The notes beneath the pieces are model-generated. The model made no database searches, was not told where the DNA came from, and saw only the letters and a program-made list of their open reading frames with translations. A DNA stretch of 64,000 bases from a virus (lineage: Duplodnaviria; Caudoviricetes): the IMG/VR virus record IMGVR_UViG_2880505610_000001, positions 32,001 to 96,000 of that record; one strand, given 5' to 3'. Below, piece after piece: positions 27,984 through 37,861 of this stretch (positions are counted from its first letter, which is position 1; every line of letters starts with the position of its first letter). A program made the translations under genes and the position numbers.

Positions 27984-28046
27984 AGGGCCCTCCCATGCGA
28001 AAGACCCCACCGCCTGGTGGGGCCCTGGTTTCCGATTCGTCTCAGG

Positions 28047-28427
28047 TCAGGTGTGCGCGGACAGCCGGTAGGTGGCCAGGTAGCGGCACAGATTCGGGTT
28101 GGGGTCAGATAGCCAGTACGGGGCCACGTCCACCGACGCGGCGGTGACGACCCCCTCGGGGCGGCGCTGCCCGATCAGAGTCCACGTGGTGAGGTCCACG
28201 ACCTGCTGGGCGATCTGCGAGCACAAGGCCCGCTGCGCCTTGAGCGTCCACACCGACACGTCCACCAGCGGGCGGTCCAGCCGGTATCCGGCGCCGCTGG
28301 GCACACGGGCGACCTGGATGACCGGGACGGCCTGCTCCAACGTCGCCGGCAGCTCGGTGGCCGCGCGGTAGCCGGTCTCGGCCCGGTAGAACGCGACCAG
28401 CAACTTCTCGATGTCGGGGTAGGCCAC
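28047..28427 (-). CDS. Tail terminator
   Basis: YPDIE..LDRPLVDVSV..PNPNLCRY. Confidence 0.8.
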   Translation of the reverse strand: MAYPDIEKLLVAFYRAETGYRAATELPATLEQAVPVIQVARVPSGAGYRLDRPLVDVSVWTLKAQRALCSQIAQQVVDLTTWTLIGQRRPEGVVTAASVDVAPYWLSDPNPNLCRYLATYRLSAHT

Positions 28428-28429
28428 GG

Positions 28430-28750
28430 TCAATCCCCAGCGGCCCGCAGCGCGTTCCGCAGGATGTGCCGCGCCGGCGTGGTGGAGGTGCCGTACTCGA
28501 CGAACACCGCGTGCCCGGCAGTGTTGTTGACACGGCCGTAGGCGCGGTCCCGACGGACCCCGCCGCGGGCCCCAGACGACACCGTGAACGAGTTCTTGTA
28601 CTCGCCGGACTCCACCGGCGCCGTGGCCTCCGCCACCCATTTGACTCTGTCGGCGCGGCGGCGCATCTCCGCCTGCATCCACGGGGAGCGGAGCATTACT
28701 CCGACGCCACGGTAGGACGCCCGGAACGTGGTCCCCCGCGTACTAGCCAT
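28430..28750 (-). CDS. HK97 gp10-like neck protein
   Basis: APVESGEY, HAVFVEYGT. Confidence 0.85.
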   Translation of the reverse strand: MASTRGTTFRASYRGVGVMLRSPWMQAEMRRRADRVKWVAEATAPVESGEYKNSFTVSSGARGGVRRDRAYGRVNNTAGHAVFVEYGTSTTPARHILRNALRAAGD

Positions 28751-28955
28751 CGTCGCCTCCCGCCTGTACCGCGACCCCGGCGATTCCGCCGATCACCACG
28801 AAAGACACCGTCGGGAATGATCTGCGTAGCTGCGCGGTGAACGCCTGCACGTCCTCGGCGGGGATGTCCTCGGTGAGCGCGATCAGGACCCGATCCCCGG
28901 GGCGGAGGACCACCATCGGTGGCACTGAGGCGCCCTGCAGTTCAGGCATCGGCAT
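28743..28955 (-). CDS. Hypothetical protein
   Basis: 70-aa coupled ORF. Confidence 0.6.
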   Translation of the reverse strand: MPMPELQGASVPPMVVLRPGDRVLIALTEDIPAEDVQAFTAQLRRSFPTVSFVVIGGIAGVAVQAGGDDG

Positions 28956-28964
28956 CTCAGCACC

Positions 28965-29327
28965 TCACCCGGTGACGCGCGACAGTTCGATCTGCACGCC
29001 GCCCTCAGTCCCGGTCAGCGGAGACCGCCACTCCCCCGGGTCACCGTCCACCTCATACAGGACCCCGCGGACCCGTGCCCGGTCATGCGGGCGGACATCG
29101 GTGCCATAGGGGGCCAGCACATTCAGGCCCTCCAGGACCTGCAGGCGGGCCTGCACGTCCTCCGACGACGTCCGCGGCCACACCGCGCACCCCGCCACCG
29201 CGACCTCCACGTCCGGGCCGGGCACGTCGTTTCCGTAGTCGTCCTGCGTCGGAGGGCCGGGGCGGATGATCGTGACCGTCTCCCCGAACGGGTAGGGCGG
29301 CGGCACCCGGTCACCACCCCGCCTCAA
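28965..29327 (-). CDS. Head-to-tail stopper
   Basis: DDYGN, DRARVRG..YEVDG..WRSP. Confidence 0.82.
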   Translation of the reverse strand: MRRGGDRVPPPYPFGETVTIIRPGPPTQDDYGNDVPGPDVEVAVAGCAVWPRTSSEDVQARLQVLEGLNVLAPYGTDVRPHDRARVRGVLYEVDGDPGEWRSPLTGTEGGVQIELSRVTG

Positions 29328-29727
29328 GGTCGACCCAGCCGCCGCGCGGGTCGTCCCGGTCGGGATCCCACTCCTGCGGCCAGGTCACCTCCGGGTCGGC
29401 GTCTGCCGGTGTCGGGTCCACCGTAAACGCCCCACCCCGCCCAGCGAGGCGCTGCAAGGTCCGCCGCTCGTCCCGGGTCATGTACAGGCCCGCCTGCGGA
29501 CGCTGCACGCTCACCGGCCCGACCGTCTCGTACGCCACGCCCTGCGGGTTGGCGTACGCCCGGCCGGCGACGGCCAGCACCACCGCCGACGCCGCCTCCG
29601 GAAGCGGGGTGACGATCGACTCTGCCAGCAGGATCGCCTGCTCGATCATCAACTCGGCGCGGGCACCGTCGATCTCGGACAGCCCCAGATACAGGGCAAG
29701 GTCCTCTGCGGTGACGTCGACCGGCAC
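29311..29727 (-). CDS. Head-to-tail adaptor
   Basis: RAYANPQG..ETVGP..GLYMT; GTG 29727. Confidence 0.82.
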   Translation of the reverse strand: MPVDVTAEDLALYLGLSEIDGARAELMIEQAILLAESIVTPLPEAASAVVLAVAGRAYANPQGVAYETVGPVSVQRPQAGLYMTRDERRTLQRLAGRGGAFTVDPTPADADPEVTWPQEWDPDRDDPRGGWVDLEAGW

Positions 29728-29731
29728 GAGC

Positions 29732-30889
29732 TCACCCCTTCGACGTGACCGCCTCGACCGCCGTGCACCACTCCGCCAGGTCCGCGGCCGGGTCCAGTTC
29801 CTTCGCCCGGGCCAGGGACCGCTCGGACGCCGCGGCCCACTGCGCGGGGTCGGTGAGCGCCTGCACCGCCTCCACCCACGCGTCCACGTCACCGCGTTCG
29901 GCGAAGATCCCGGCCTCTCCCAGGCATTCGGCGAGACCGGTCGTGGGCGCGGCGACCACCGGGATCCCCGACGCCATCGCCTCCACCGCCACCCGGCCCC
30001 ACGACTCGCTCGCAGACGGGACCAGCAGGATCCGGGTGCGGGCATACACCTCGTCCCGCATCCGCTCGCCCGGCATGTGCTCGACGACCTCCACGTTCGG
30101 CAGACCGCCGCGGCGTTCGATCTGCTGCCCGTAGGCGCCCTTGACGCCCAGGAACCTCAGATCGGGGAGCCGTTCGGCGACCTGCCAGAACAGGGCCCCG
30201 CCCTTGTCGGCGTTGAGGTTGATCAACGTGACGTGGTCGCCCGGAGTGGTGCGGTAGTCGTCGCCCAGTACCGGCGGGCGAACCACGATCGACTGTTCCG
30301 GTCGCAGCGCCGGGGTGTACTCGCAGAAGAACGCCTCGGCCTCCGCCTGCATGTGCAGGCTGTTGTACACCGCCAGCGACACCGCGCCCCGCCCGATGTT
30401 CTTGAAGACCACCGGGGCGGTGTTGTGCGCCAGCGCCACGAACGGGCGTCCCATCCCCCGCGCCAACGCGCCGGCGGACGGGACGTTCTCATGGTGGGCG
30501 ATGATCACATCGGCGCTCTTGGCCGCGGCACCGAAGTCCTGCCGGGCCGCGTACGGCACCACGTGCACGCCGTCGACCTGGTACGGGGCCCGGTCGGGCG
30601 AGTACCGCGACAGCCACACCGACACTTCGTGGCCGCGTGCCACCAGCGCCCGCAGCATCGAATGCAGCATCCATTCCGACCCGGCGTTGTGCCGGGGCGG
30701 GTAGGCGTGGACGCGCGCCACGACGTTCAGCGGCGCCGTGGCCCGGCCGAGCCCCTCGAACACCGACACCGCCTGCGCCGCTGACGCATCCGGGGTGGCG
30801 GTCTTCTTCTTGGTGGTGCCCGGCCGGGAACGCCGCTGAGGCGACGCCCTACGCTGCCGCGGCGACGCGGGAACGTCGGTGTCGGTCAC
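29732..30889 (-). CDS. GT-B (GT4-like) glycosyltransferase
   Basis: YPP..NAGSE, KGG, PSASESWGRVAVEAMASGIPVV (E-x7-E). Confidence 0.92.
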   Translation of the reverse strand: MTDTDVPASPRQRRASPQRRSRPGTTKKKTATPDASAAQAVSVFEGLGRATAPLNVVARVHAYPPRHNAGSEWMLHSMLRALVARGHEVSVWLSRYSPDRAPYQVDGVHVVPYAARQDFGAAAKSADVIIAHHENVPSAGALARGMGRPFVALAHNTAPVVFKNIGRGAVSLAVYNSLHMQAEAEAFFCEYTPALRPEQSIVVRPPVLGDDYRTTPGDHVTLINLNADKGGALFWQVAERLPDLRFLGVKGAYGQQIERRGGLPNVEVVEHMPGERMRDEVYARTRILLVPSASESWGRVAVEAMASGIPVVAAPTTGLAECLGEAGIFAERGDVDAWVEAVQALTDPAQWAAASERSLARAKELDPAADLAEWCTAVEAVTSKG

Positions 30890-31842
30890 GAACCGACACC
30901 GTCGGCGGTGTAGGTCACGAACGCGTCGGCGTCGCCCATGACGAAGCCGTAGAACGCCTCCGCCAGCAGCAGCACCAGGTTCTCCTGGAACGCCGAGTGG
31001 ACGCCGCCTTCCTCGTCCACGTAGGTCGCCTCGCTGGAGATGCGGACGGTGATGTCCATCCCGATGCCGTAGGCGGCCTGCGACCAGTCGCCGCCGACCG
31101 CGCGAAGCCCAGTGTCGGCGCTGGAGGACTGGCGGCGCTGCTTGCCCGACACCCCACGCGAGTACGCCAGCGGCTCTCCGATCAGGGTGCCGCCCATCGC
31201 CTGGTTCAGGCCCGGGGTGGTGGTGTCGACGAAGATCGGCCGGCCGTTGGCGTCGGTCGCCAGCATCAGCTTCGGCTTCAGCCGCGGGTCAGCGACGGTG
31301 CCGGTGTAGTCCCAGTCGTCGTCGACGACCATGGCCATGCCGTTGACCAGGTCCGCCCACAGGCCGCCGGAGGTCTGCGCCGCGGTGTCGAGTTCGACGG
31401 TGTTGGTGGTGGAGGCCAGGTAGTCGCCGAACGGGCCGGCCGCGCCCTTCATCGTCTTGCCGTGGATCGCGGCGTGGTCGAAGGCCCGCGCGAACGCGGT
31501 CGGCAGGTCCCGCTGCAGCTGCGTCCACAGGCCGGCGGCGTTGGTCCGCACGACCTCTTCCGACACCGGGATCAGCACCGCGATCTTCTTCGGCGTCATC
31601 TGCTTGACGTCGATCCCGCCGCTGGACAACGGCTTGCGCGCCCCGGAGCCGACCCAGTCGGCGGTGGGCACGTCCAGTGGGATCGGAATGGAGGTGTTGG
31701 CGTCGATGGACAGCGGCGCGCGCTGCGCCAGCGACATGATCGCCGACTGCTCCACCGACTTCTCGAAGATGGGACCCGCCAGCGTCCGCGGCAGGAGGTT
31801 GCTGTCGATATCCGACAGCAGGATCGGGTCGGTGGTGGCCAC
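30886..31842 (-). CDS. Major capsid protein (HK97 fold)
   Basis: KKIAVLIPVSEE, AFDHAAIHG, DANGRPIF, GDWSQ, FQENLV; ends GVGS. Confidence 0.95.
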   Translation of the reverse strand: MATTDPILLSDIDSNLLPRTLAGPIFEKSVEQSAIMSLAQRAPLSIDANTSIPIPLDVPTADWVGSGARKPLSSGGIDVKQMTPKKIAVLIPVSEEVVRTNAAGLWTQLQRDLPTAFARAFDHAAIHGKTMKGAAGPFGDYLASTTNTVELDTAAQTSGGLWADLVNGMAMVVDDDWDYTGTVADPRLKPKLMLATDANGRPIFVDTTTPGLNQAMGGTLIGEPLAYSRGVSGKQRRQSSSADTGLRAVGGDWSQAAYGIGMDITVRISSEATYVDEEGGVHSAFQENLVLLLAEAFYGFVMGDADAFVTYTADGVGS

Positions 31843-31856
31843 CGGTCACCCCTCTC

Positions 31857-32507
31857 TCAGCGGCCCTTGCTCTTCAGCAGCCGCGAATTGACGAACCCCG
31901 CGAACTCGTCCGCGGGGTCCTTGGCTCTGGTCTGGTTGGCGCCCGATGCCTGCGTCCGGTCCGGCGCCGGGCGGCGCCGCTCCGGTTCGGCAGGCTTGAG
32001 CTTGCCGAGATGCGGTTTGCGCTCGAGCAGGTCTGCGAGGTCGGCCTTGATCGCGTCCGCGTCGATGTCACCGACGTCGGTCACGTAGGCGTTCAGGTCC
32101 AGGTGCGCCTCGGGGTCGGTCGGGTCCGCGAACGCGGCAGCCGCCAGGGCTCGCACCTCGCTCTTGACCGCCCGCTTCCGCAGCGCGCCGATCTCCCTCT
32201 CCCGCTCGTCCAGCCGGGCCTGGAGCCGTTCGGCCTCCGTCTTCTGCGCGTCCTCGAGCTCCTTGGCTTTGGCCGCGAGCGGCTCGAGGTCCTTCAGGCG
32301 CTTGCGGAGGTTCGCGGCCTCCTGGTTGGCCTTGTGGATCTTCGCCTTGTACTGGGCCTCGTTGAACGGCTGCTCGGCCGGCGGGCCCTCCTGGGGCTTG
32401 GTGGCCGTGGTCTCATCGCCGTTGTCGGTGGCCTCGTCCTGCTTCTCCACCGCGCCCTCGTCGGCGCTGGTGGGCTCGGTGCTGTTCTCGGCAGCCTCAT
32501 CGGGCAT
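31857..32507 (-). CDS. Scaffolding protein
   Basis: Acidic N-terminus, coiled coil, KTEAER, KPHL; upstream of capsid gene. Confidence 0.85.
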   Translation of the reverse strand: MPDEAAENSTEPTSADEGAVEKQDEATDNGDETTATKPQEGPPAEQPFNEAQYKAKIHKANQEAANLRKRLKDLEPLAAKAKELEDAQKTEAERLQARLDEREREIGALRKRAVKSEVRALAAAAFADPTDPEAHLDLNAYVTDVGDIDADAIKADLADLLERKPHLGKLKPAEPERRRPAPDRTQASGANQTRAKDPADEFAGFVNSRLLKSKGR

Positions 32508-32512
32508 TCGGG

Positions 32513-32971
32513 TTAACCCTCCAGGGGTTGGGACAGGGAAAGCTCCCGCTCCAGGCGGGAAGTCGAAGGCCGGTAGCGGTCCCACCACCGGTCGATCACA
32601 GGGCCCGTCCACGCAGGCCGGCCAGCATCGGCGGCCCGGGACTTGGCCTCATCCAGGGGAGTCGCCAGCACCACCACCTCGGTGGCGCCGAGCGCCGCAG
32701 CGTGCCGGGTGCGACGTTCCGGCTCGGGCATCGTGCGGATCACCCACGCCGTGCCGGTCTGCATCCGGGACACGAGGGTCTCCTCCGCTGCGCGGACACG
32801 ACGCGCCCGGCCACGAATGTGTTCCGGGTGGTTGTGGGGGTCTGGGGACCCCAGCCGCCGGCAGATGGCGTCCAGGTCCACGACCCGGTCACCTGATGCG
32901 GCGTGCTCGGCGACCCACGTCGACTTCCCGGCAGCAGGCGGGCCGCACACCAACACGACCCTGCGGCTCAT
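32513..32971 (-). CDS. P-loop kinase (AAA_33/PNK-like)
   Basis: VVLVCGPPAAGKSTW..VDLD. Confidence 0.85.
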   Translation of the reverse strand: MSRRVVLVCGPPAAGKSTWVAEHAASGDRVVDLDAICRRLGSPDPHNHPEHIRGRARRVRAAEETLVSRMQTGTAWVIRTMPEPERRTRHAAALGATEVVVLATPLDEAKSRAADAGRPAWTGPVIDRWWDRYRPSTSRLERELSLSQPLEG

Positions 32972-33870
32972 CCACCCGCCCGCAGGATCCGCGAGAGATT
33001 CGCGATCGTGTCACCACGCATCGCCCGGGCCCGCTCGTACTGGCGCTGCCACAACTTGATCTCCGGTTGCGGCTGCCATTCCTCGCCCTCGAAGTACGGG
33101 GCCGCCCAGCACCGGCAATGGTCGTGGTACTTGAACTCGCCAGCCCCCTGGAACCGGGCGTTGGTGCGGCGGCCCGCGGTCCGCTCGTCCTTGTACACCG
33201 GCCCGCGGATCGACATCACGCGGCAGAACGCGCACGCGTCCGCCGCGGCCATCCGCGCGACCCCGACCGCCTGCCGATCCTCGGCCACGGCGTCCACGAT
33301 CGCGCCACGCCCCACGTCAGTGACCAGCCGGGACGCGATCCCGTCCACCTTCGTCCGCGTCACGCGGACCTGCCCGGCCACATCACCTCGCGCCGGCGCA
33401 GGCTCCGGATCGGAGAGGTCCTCCTCGACCCGGTCCTCGCCCACGCCGGCGAGGGCCTCCTCGTCCAGATTCGACAGGTCCGCGGACTCTTCCTCACGGG
33501 CGATCTCAGCGAGCAGCCGTTCCACCTCGGCAGCCGAATCCAGCAACTCCTGGTCCCAGAAGTTCCTCGTCGCCCACCGCAACGACTCCTCCACCTGCCC
33601 CGGGTCAGGTTCCCGCAGCAGCGGCGAAGGTCGCCTCCCCGGCACGCCCGCGGCGTCACGCTCAAGGTCGTAGTAGTCCAACGCCATCGCCCCGGACGCC
33701 TCCGCGTACCGTGCGATGACAGCCCGGACCGCTGCGGCCCACCGCGGCATCGTCCGCGCCAGCCGCCGCGAGTCCAGCAGCGTCCACGTCCCGGCCAGCT
33801 CACGCAGCATCAACACGATCAGGCCGCTTTGCGCGGCCTGCTGCTCACGCGACCTGGTCGGCGTCGCCAC
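32968..33870 (-). CDS. MuF-like minor head / capsid maturation protein
   Basis: ACAFC..RGPVY..YHDHCRC. Confidence 0.82.
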   Translation of the reverse strand: MATPTRSREQQAAQSGLIVLMLRELAGTWTLLDSRRLARTMPRWAAAVRAVIARYAEASGAMALDYYDLERDAAGVPGRRPSPLLREPDPGQVEESLRWATRNFWDQELLDSAAEVERLLAEIAREEESADLSNLDEEALAGVGEDRVEEDLSDPEPAPARGDVAGQVRVTRTKVDGIASRLVTDVGRGAIVDAVAEDRQAVGVARMAAADACAFCRVMSIRGPVYKDERTAGRRTNARFQGAGEFKYHDHCRCWAAPYFEGEEWQPQPEIKLWQRQYERARAMRGDTIANLSRILRAGG

Positions 33871-35266
33871 CCGACACCTCTACGGCGCGCTGCCGGCCGA
33901 GCCGTTCCCCGATCCGGGCGAGCTGGGCACGGCCCTGCGCGCGCTGCCGGTCCGACCGGACCCGCTGACGCTGCGCCTCCGACAGCCCGACCATCTCCAG
34001 CGCCACCTCCGAGTCCGCAGGGATGATGCCGGCCTGCACGAGCTTCACCGCCGCGTCGGTCTGCGCCGCCATCGTCGGCGTCGCCGGGTTCCGCCACACC
34101 GTCTCCAGCTTGCGGGCCCGGTCCGGCACCTCGCCCCGCCAGATCAGCAGCGCCAGCCGCAGCACCTGCGCCCACGGAGTGCTCAGCATCGCCTGCTTAC
34201 GCTCAGCGCGTTTCACCAGCTGCGCCTCCGTCGAGCGGATCGCGTCGGCCGAGGCAGGGTTGTCAGTGGTGTAGCCCAGGTAATGCGGCGGCAGGCCAAG
34301 CTGCGTCGCCATGATCCGCGCGTACAGGTCAACGATCTTCGTATACGCCGACGGGTCATACGCGGCGAACGTACCGACCTGCGGGATCTCCCCGTCCTCG
34401 TCCCGCTCCAGAGCCAGCACACGGCCGATGTAGGTCTCCCACGCCGACTTGGCGTTCCCCTCAGCGTCCTGAAACGCCGACTCGCTGGCGCCGAGGATGT
34501 ACCGCTGAGGTGCGCCGTAGAACTCCCGGGCGACCTCCATGCCCAGCAGCGTCCGGCACGCCGCATCGGTGATCCCCATCACCGCAGAGTTGATCTCCGA
34601 CTTCCCGACCCGCTCCGCGGCCCGCGGCCGGTTAGCGAACCGCACCACCGGGACCATGCCCAGCTCGTGGGCGTCGCGGCTGATGACTTCCCACCCGCCA
34701 GTGTCCGACTGCACCACGTGGATCGTCTGATCCGGCAGGTACAGCACCGCCGCCTGAGCATCCTCGATCTTGTACAGCCGCAGCGCCGACCGCACCGCAC
34801 GCAACCGGGCGTCGTAGTCCACGGTCATGTCCATCGGTGACTCGACCGAGATGACCGGCGGTGCCTCATCCTCCTCACCGGACCCGACCGCGGCGTAGGA
34901 CCGGCCGTAGATGAACGAGTCCAGGTGCGCGAGCTGCGCCTCGGTGAGCAGGTCGTTGGCCTGCACCACCTCTTCCAGCTCGTCGGAGGCGTCCGGCTCA
35001 CCCGCATACCGCCACGTCTCAATGTCCAGACGCTGCTCGAGCGCGTCCACACCGATCTGCGGCCACCCGATCACCGTGTGAAGCCCCTGCAACTGCGGCG
35101 GAATGCTGATCTTCAAGTCACGGATGACCTGCTCGCCGTTGTAGTAGCAGTCCCGCAACTCCAGCGGGAACCGTGCGGTGACCAGGTCCTGGCGGAGTAC
35201 GTCGATCAGCTGCGTCTCATCATCGGTGAGGTTCACCAGCGGCAGCTCCGGAATCACCGCGGTCAC
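33845..35266 (-). CDS. Portal protein (SPP1 gp6-like)
   Basis: YYNGEQ, GWPQIGVD, EFYGAPQR, NPASADAI, WRNP. Confidence 0.93.
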   Translation of the reverse strand: MTAVIPELPLVNLTDDETQLIDVLRQDLVTARFPLELRDCYYNGEQVIRDLKISIPPQLQGLHTVIGWPQIGVDALEQRLDIETWRYAGEPDASDELEEVVQANDLLTEAQLAHLDSFIYGRSYAAVGSGEEDEAPPVISVESPMDMTVDYDARLRAVRSALRLYKIEDAQAAVLYLPDQTIHVVQSDTGGWEVISRDAHELGMVPVVRFANRPRAAERVGKSEINSAVMGITDAACRTLLGMEVAREFYGAPQRYILGASESAFQDAEGNAKSAWETYIGRVLALERDEDGEIPQVGTFAAYDPSAYTKIVDLYARIMATQLGLPPHYLGYTTDNPASADAIRSTEAQLVKRAERKQAMLSTPWAQVLRLALLIWRGEVPDRARKLETVWRNPATPTMAAQTDAAVKLVQAGIIPADSEVALEMVGLSEAQRQRVRSDRQRAQGRAQLARIGERLGRQRAVEVSGGDADQVA

Positions 35267-36918
35267 GACAGCACCACCGCCCGCCCTCTACCGCGCCGGC
35301 CCACGCCCTTCGCCACCGCATCCAGCCGGGCCTGCCACGCCAACGTCGCCGCGACCGCCGCGTCGATCTTCCGCCGCGAATCCGGGTGCTCCTTAGCGAT
35401 CTGCAGCCCCGACCGGGACACCCGCCGCCGCGCGTTCAACACGTGCCGCGTCAACGCGTACGAGCCGTCGTGGGTGAGCTCACCGTTCACCACAGCCGCG
35501 TGGAACTGCTCCAGCGCACGCACGACCAACTGGGTTCGGTTCATCCACCACTCGATCGGATGCTGCTGCGACGCCCTCACCCGCAACCGGCGCCCGTAGG
35601 TGTACTCCCATTCGGCGACGAACGAGCGCCAGTCCGCGGCCGGGTCAGCGTAGAACCCGACGACCTTGTACCTGGAGAACGCCTTCCGGACCGCGGCGTT
35701 GACCTCCATGACCGGCACCCACCAGTCCTTGCCCGCCAGGCCGTCCGGCTGCTCCCACACCGCGATCTCGAACACGAACCCGTCCGACACCCGGCATCCG
35801 ATCAGCGCAGTAGCGTCGGTCACCCCGCGGTTGCGGTGCCTCGAGCCGTCAAAGCCCAACGTGATCCGTTCCCCATCGGCAACGGCCTCACCGGGCGACG
35901 CGCACGACGCCCATTCCGGTTGAGACAGCCACGCATCCGAGGCGTGCGTGATCTGATTCAGGAAGTCCGCTCGAGCCGTCTGCGGATCGGTTCCCAGATC
36001 CCAGATGTCGGCGACGATACGGTCCAGCGGCGACCAGCCCGGCTGGCACGGCGGCTCATGCAGCACGCACCCGTCCGGGTGGTCGGCGGAGTCTCCGTAG
36101 GCGAGCCGGAGCCCTGCCATCAACGACTCGCGGTCATCCAGATCCGTCTCGGGAGGCGCCTCGCGATGGTCGTACAGCAGACCCCCGTCCTTCGCCTTCC
36201 CCTCCAGGATGTTCTTGTAGAACTCGGCGGACTGCTCCGCCACCGACTCCTCGCCCGGCGTGAACGCGTTCGGCGACTCGATAGTCGCGCCGCCCAGCTT
36301 CGCCGCGTTGATCCGCATCACCTCGGCCAGCCGGACCCCGCCGTTCGACGGAACCCACTCCTCCGTCTGGTCGAGAATCGCGAAGACCGCCTTGTTGCCC
36401 TTCACAGACCGGGCCGACGAGGTGACGGGCTCGATCCGCCCCCGCGGCAGGTTCACGAAGGTGTCCAGCGGCTCCAGCCGCGGGTACGCGTCGATCAGCG
36501 CATCCGAGTCCAGCATCTCCAGCAGCGGAGCCCACGAGTTCTTCGTCTGGGCCTCCGACACTGCGGCGACCTGAACAAACGGGGTCCGGATCTGCGACCA
36601 CGGCTTCCCCACCGGCTGGCCATCGGCGTCCCAGCCATCCGGCACAACCGGCGCCAACGCCTCAGCAATCGCCAACGCGGCCAAGAACGGCGACTTACCC
36701 CACCCTCGCGGGCGGCTGATAACCCCGCGGCGGTGCTTGCGCCGGCCCGTGTGCGGATCGATCTCAAACCAGCGCAGGATGAACTGGGCCTGCTCCAGCG
36801 TCGGCACGAACGGCTCGAACTCGGCGCGGTCCGGCGCCGCCAGATACTCGATGATCCAGTCGAGGATCAGCGGACCCAGCGTCGGCCGCTCCCCTGGCCG
36901 GCTCGGACGCCACGGCAC
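35263..36918 (-). CDS. terL: Terminase large subunit
   Basis: RPRGWGKS Walker A, LGFDGS..DAT, KIDAAVA. Confidence 0.95.
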   Translation of the reverse strand: MPWRPSRPGERPTLGPLILDWIIEYLAAPDRAEFEPFVPTLEQAQFILRWFEIDPHTGRRKHRRGVISRPRGWGKSPFLAALAIAEALAPVVPDGWDADGQPVGKPWSQIRTPFVQVAAVSEAQTKNSWAPLLEMLDSDALIDAYPRLEPLDTFVNLPRGRIEPVTSSARSVKGNKAVFAILDQTEEWVPSNGGVRLAEVMRINAAKLGGATIESPNAFTPGEESVAEQSAEFYKNILEGKAKDGGLLYDHREAPPETDLDDRESLMAGLRLAYGDSADHPDGCVLHEPPCQPGWSPLDRIVADIWDLGTDPQTARADFLNQITHASDAWLSQPEWASCASPGEAVADGERITLGFDGSRHRNRGVTDATALIGCRVSDGFVFEIAVWEQPDGLAGKDWWVPVMEVNAAVRKAFSRYKVVGFYADPAADWRSFVAEWEYTYGRRLRVRASQQHPIEWWMNRTQLVVRALEQFHAAVVNGELTHDGSYALTRHVLNARRRVSRSGLQIAKEHPDSRRKIDAAVAATLAWQARLDAVAKGVGRRGRGRAVVLS

Positions 36919-36921
36919 CGG

Positions 36922-37380
36922 CTACTCCTGGCCCGATGCGCGGCTCGACCGGTCCGGAAGCAGACGCAGATCGCCGTACCGCTGTACCGAGGCCGGCTGC
37001 TTCGCTGCCCGCTTCTCGTCCTTCTCATCGGCGTCCGCGAACACCATCCGCAGACGGGCCCGGTCCTCAGGAGTCGCACCGTACTTCGCGACCCGCAGCC
37101 GAACCTCCGCCGCCAGCGTCCACTGCCCCTTCGACCACATCGCGTGGTGCATCAGCGCCGTGTCCAACAGGAACGCCCAGTCGGTCTCAGTGAACGTCTC
37201 AGCCTGAGCCGACCGGCCCCACATCGCCCACCACGCCTGCGTCCGCGGATGCCACTCCACGTCCTCGGGCAGCTCGGGCTGCTCTGCACGCACGAACCGC
37301 AGCACTGTCTGCGCGACCGGGTCCTTGTTCGCTCGGGCCCGCCGGTTCGGGTCCTTGGGAGCAGGCCCACGTCCAGCCAC
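36922..37380 (-). CDS. terS: Terminase small subunit
   Basis: MAGRGPAPK, WHPRT..WW, GATPEDRARLR. Confidence 0.9.
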   Translation of the reverse strand: MAGRGPAPKDPNRRARANKDPVAQTVLRFVRAEQPELPEDVEWHPRTQAWWAMWGRSAQAETFTETDWAFLLDTALMHHAMWSKGQWTLAAEVRLRVAKYGATPEDRARLRMVFADADEKDEKRAAKQPASVQRYGDLRLLPDRSSRASGQE

Positions 37381-37469
37381 GGAGAGTCACCACCTCTCCG
37401 CTCAGTCCTTGATCATCCAAGCCCCAGACCCGTAGCCAGGGGGAGCCTCAATACGTGGCCGATTCCCTG

Positions 37470-37543
37470 ACCATGATCATCGGGGGTGGCCCCCACCCTT
37501 GGTGACGCTGTGTGACCGGCGGCCTGGGGTGGTTGATCATGGT
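37470..37543. other. Candidate cos packaging site
   Basis: Non-coding gap between HNH and terS; GGGTGG-CCC-CCACCC 37484-37498 inside inverted repeat ACCATGATCA(37470-79)/TGATCATGGT(37534-43). Confidence 0.5.
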
Positions 37544-37861
37544 TGGTGACGTCCACCCGGCCCTGCGAGGGGCGGTCACGGCGAGGTCACTCGGCTCAGC
37601 CACGTAGCGATCACGGCGCTGCTGAGAGGCTCGCGATCACCGTTGCGTGCGAGCAGATGGTCATCGGCGTTGGCTGGTGTGGCTGCTGCCCTGTGGCCGG
37701 TGCCCGCGTGTGGGTGGTGCCGTGCCGGCTGCTCTGCACCCTCACGCCTGTCGGGTGTCCCCCTGTGCGTGCACCCCGAGCGTGTGGTGCTCACGGACCT
37801 GGCCGTTCGGGGTGGCCTGCTGCGGTGAGGGGTCAACCTTGGCTCGCTGCGTTCGCGGTCC

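Noticed and set aside
29732-31842. Capsid-glycosyltransferase fusion by frameshift or readthrough
   Set aside because: Ordinary GTGA overlap with no slippery heptamer at the junction
35386-37470. Long + strand ORFs (694 aa here; also 32164-34026, 23279-24886, 30637-32088, 56933-58306)
   Set aside because: Antisense shadows of well-supported phage genes in high-GC DNA, with no motifs
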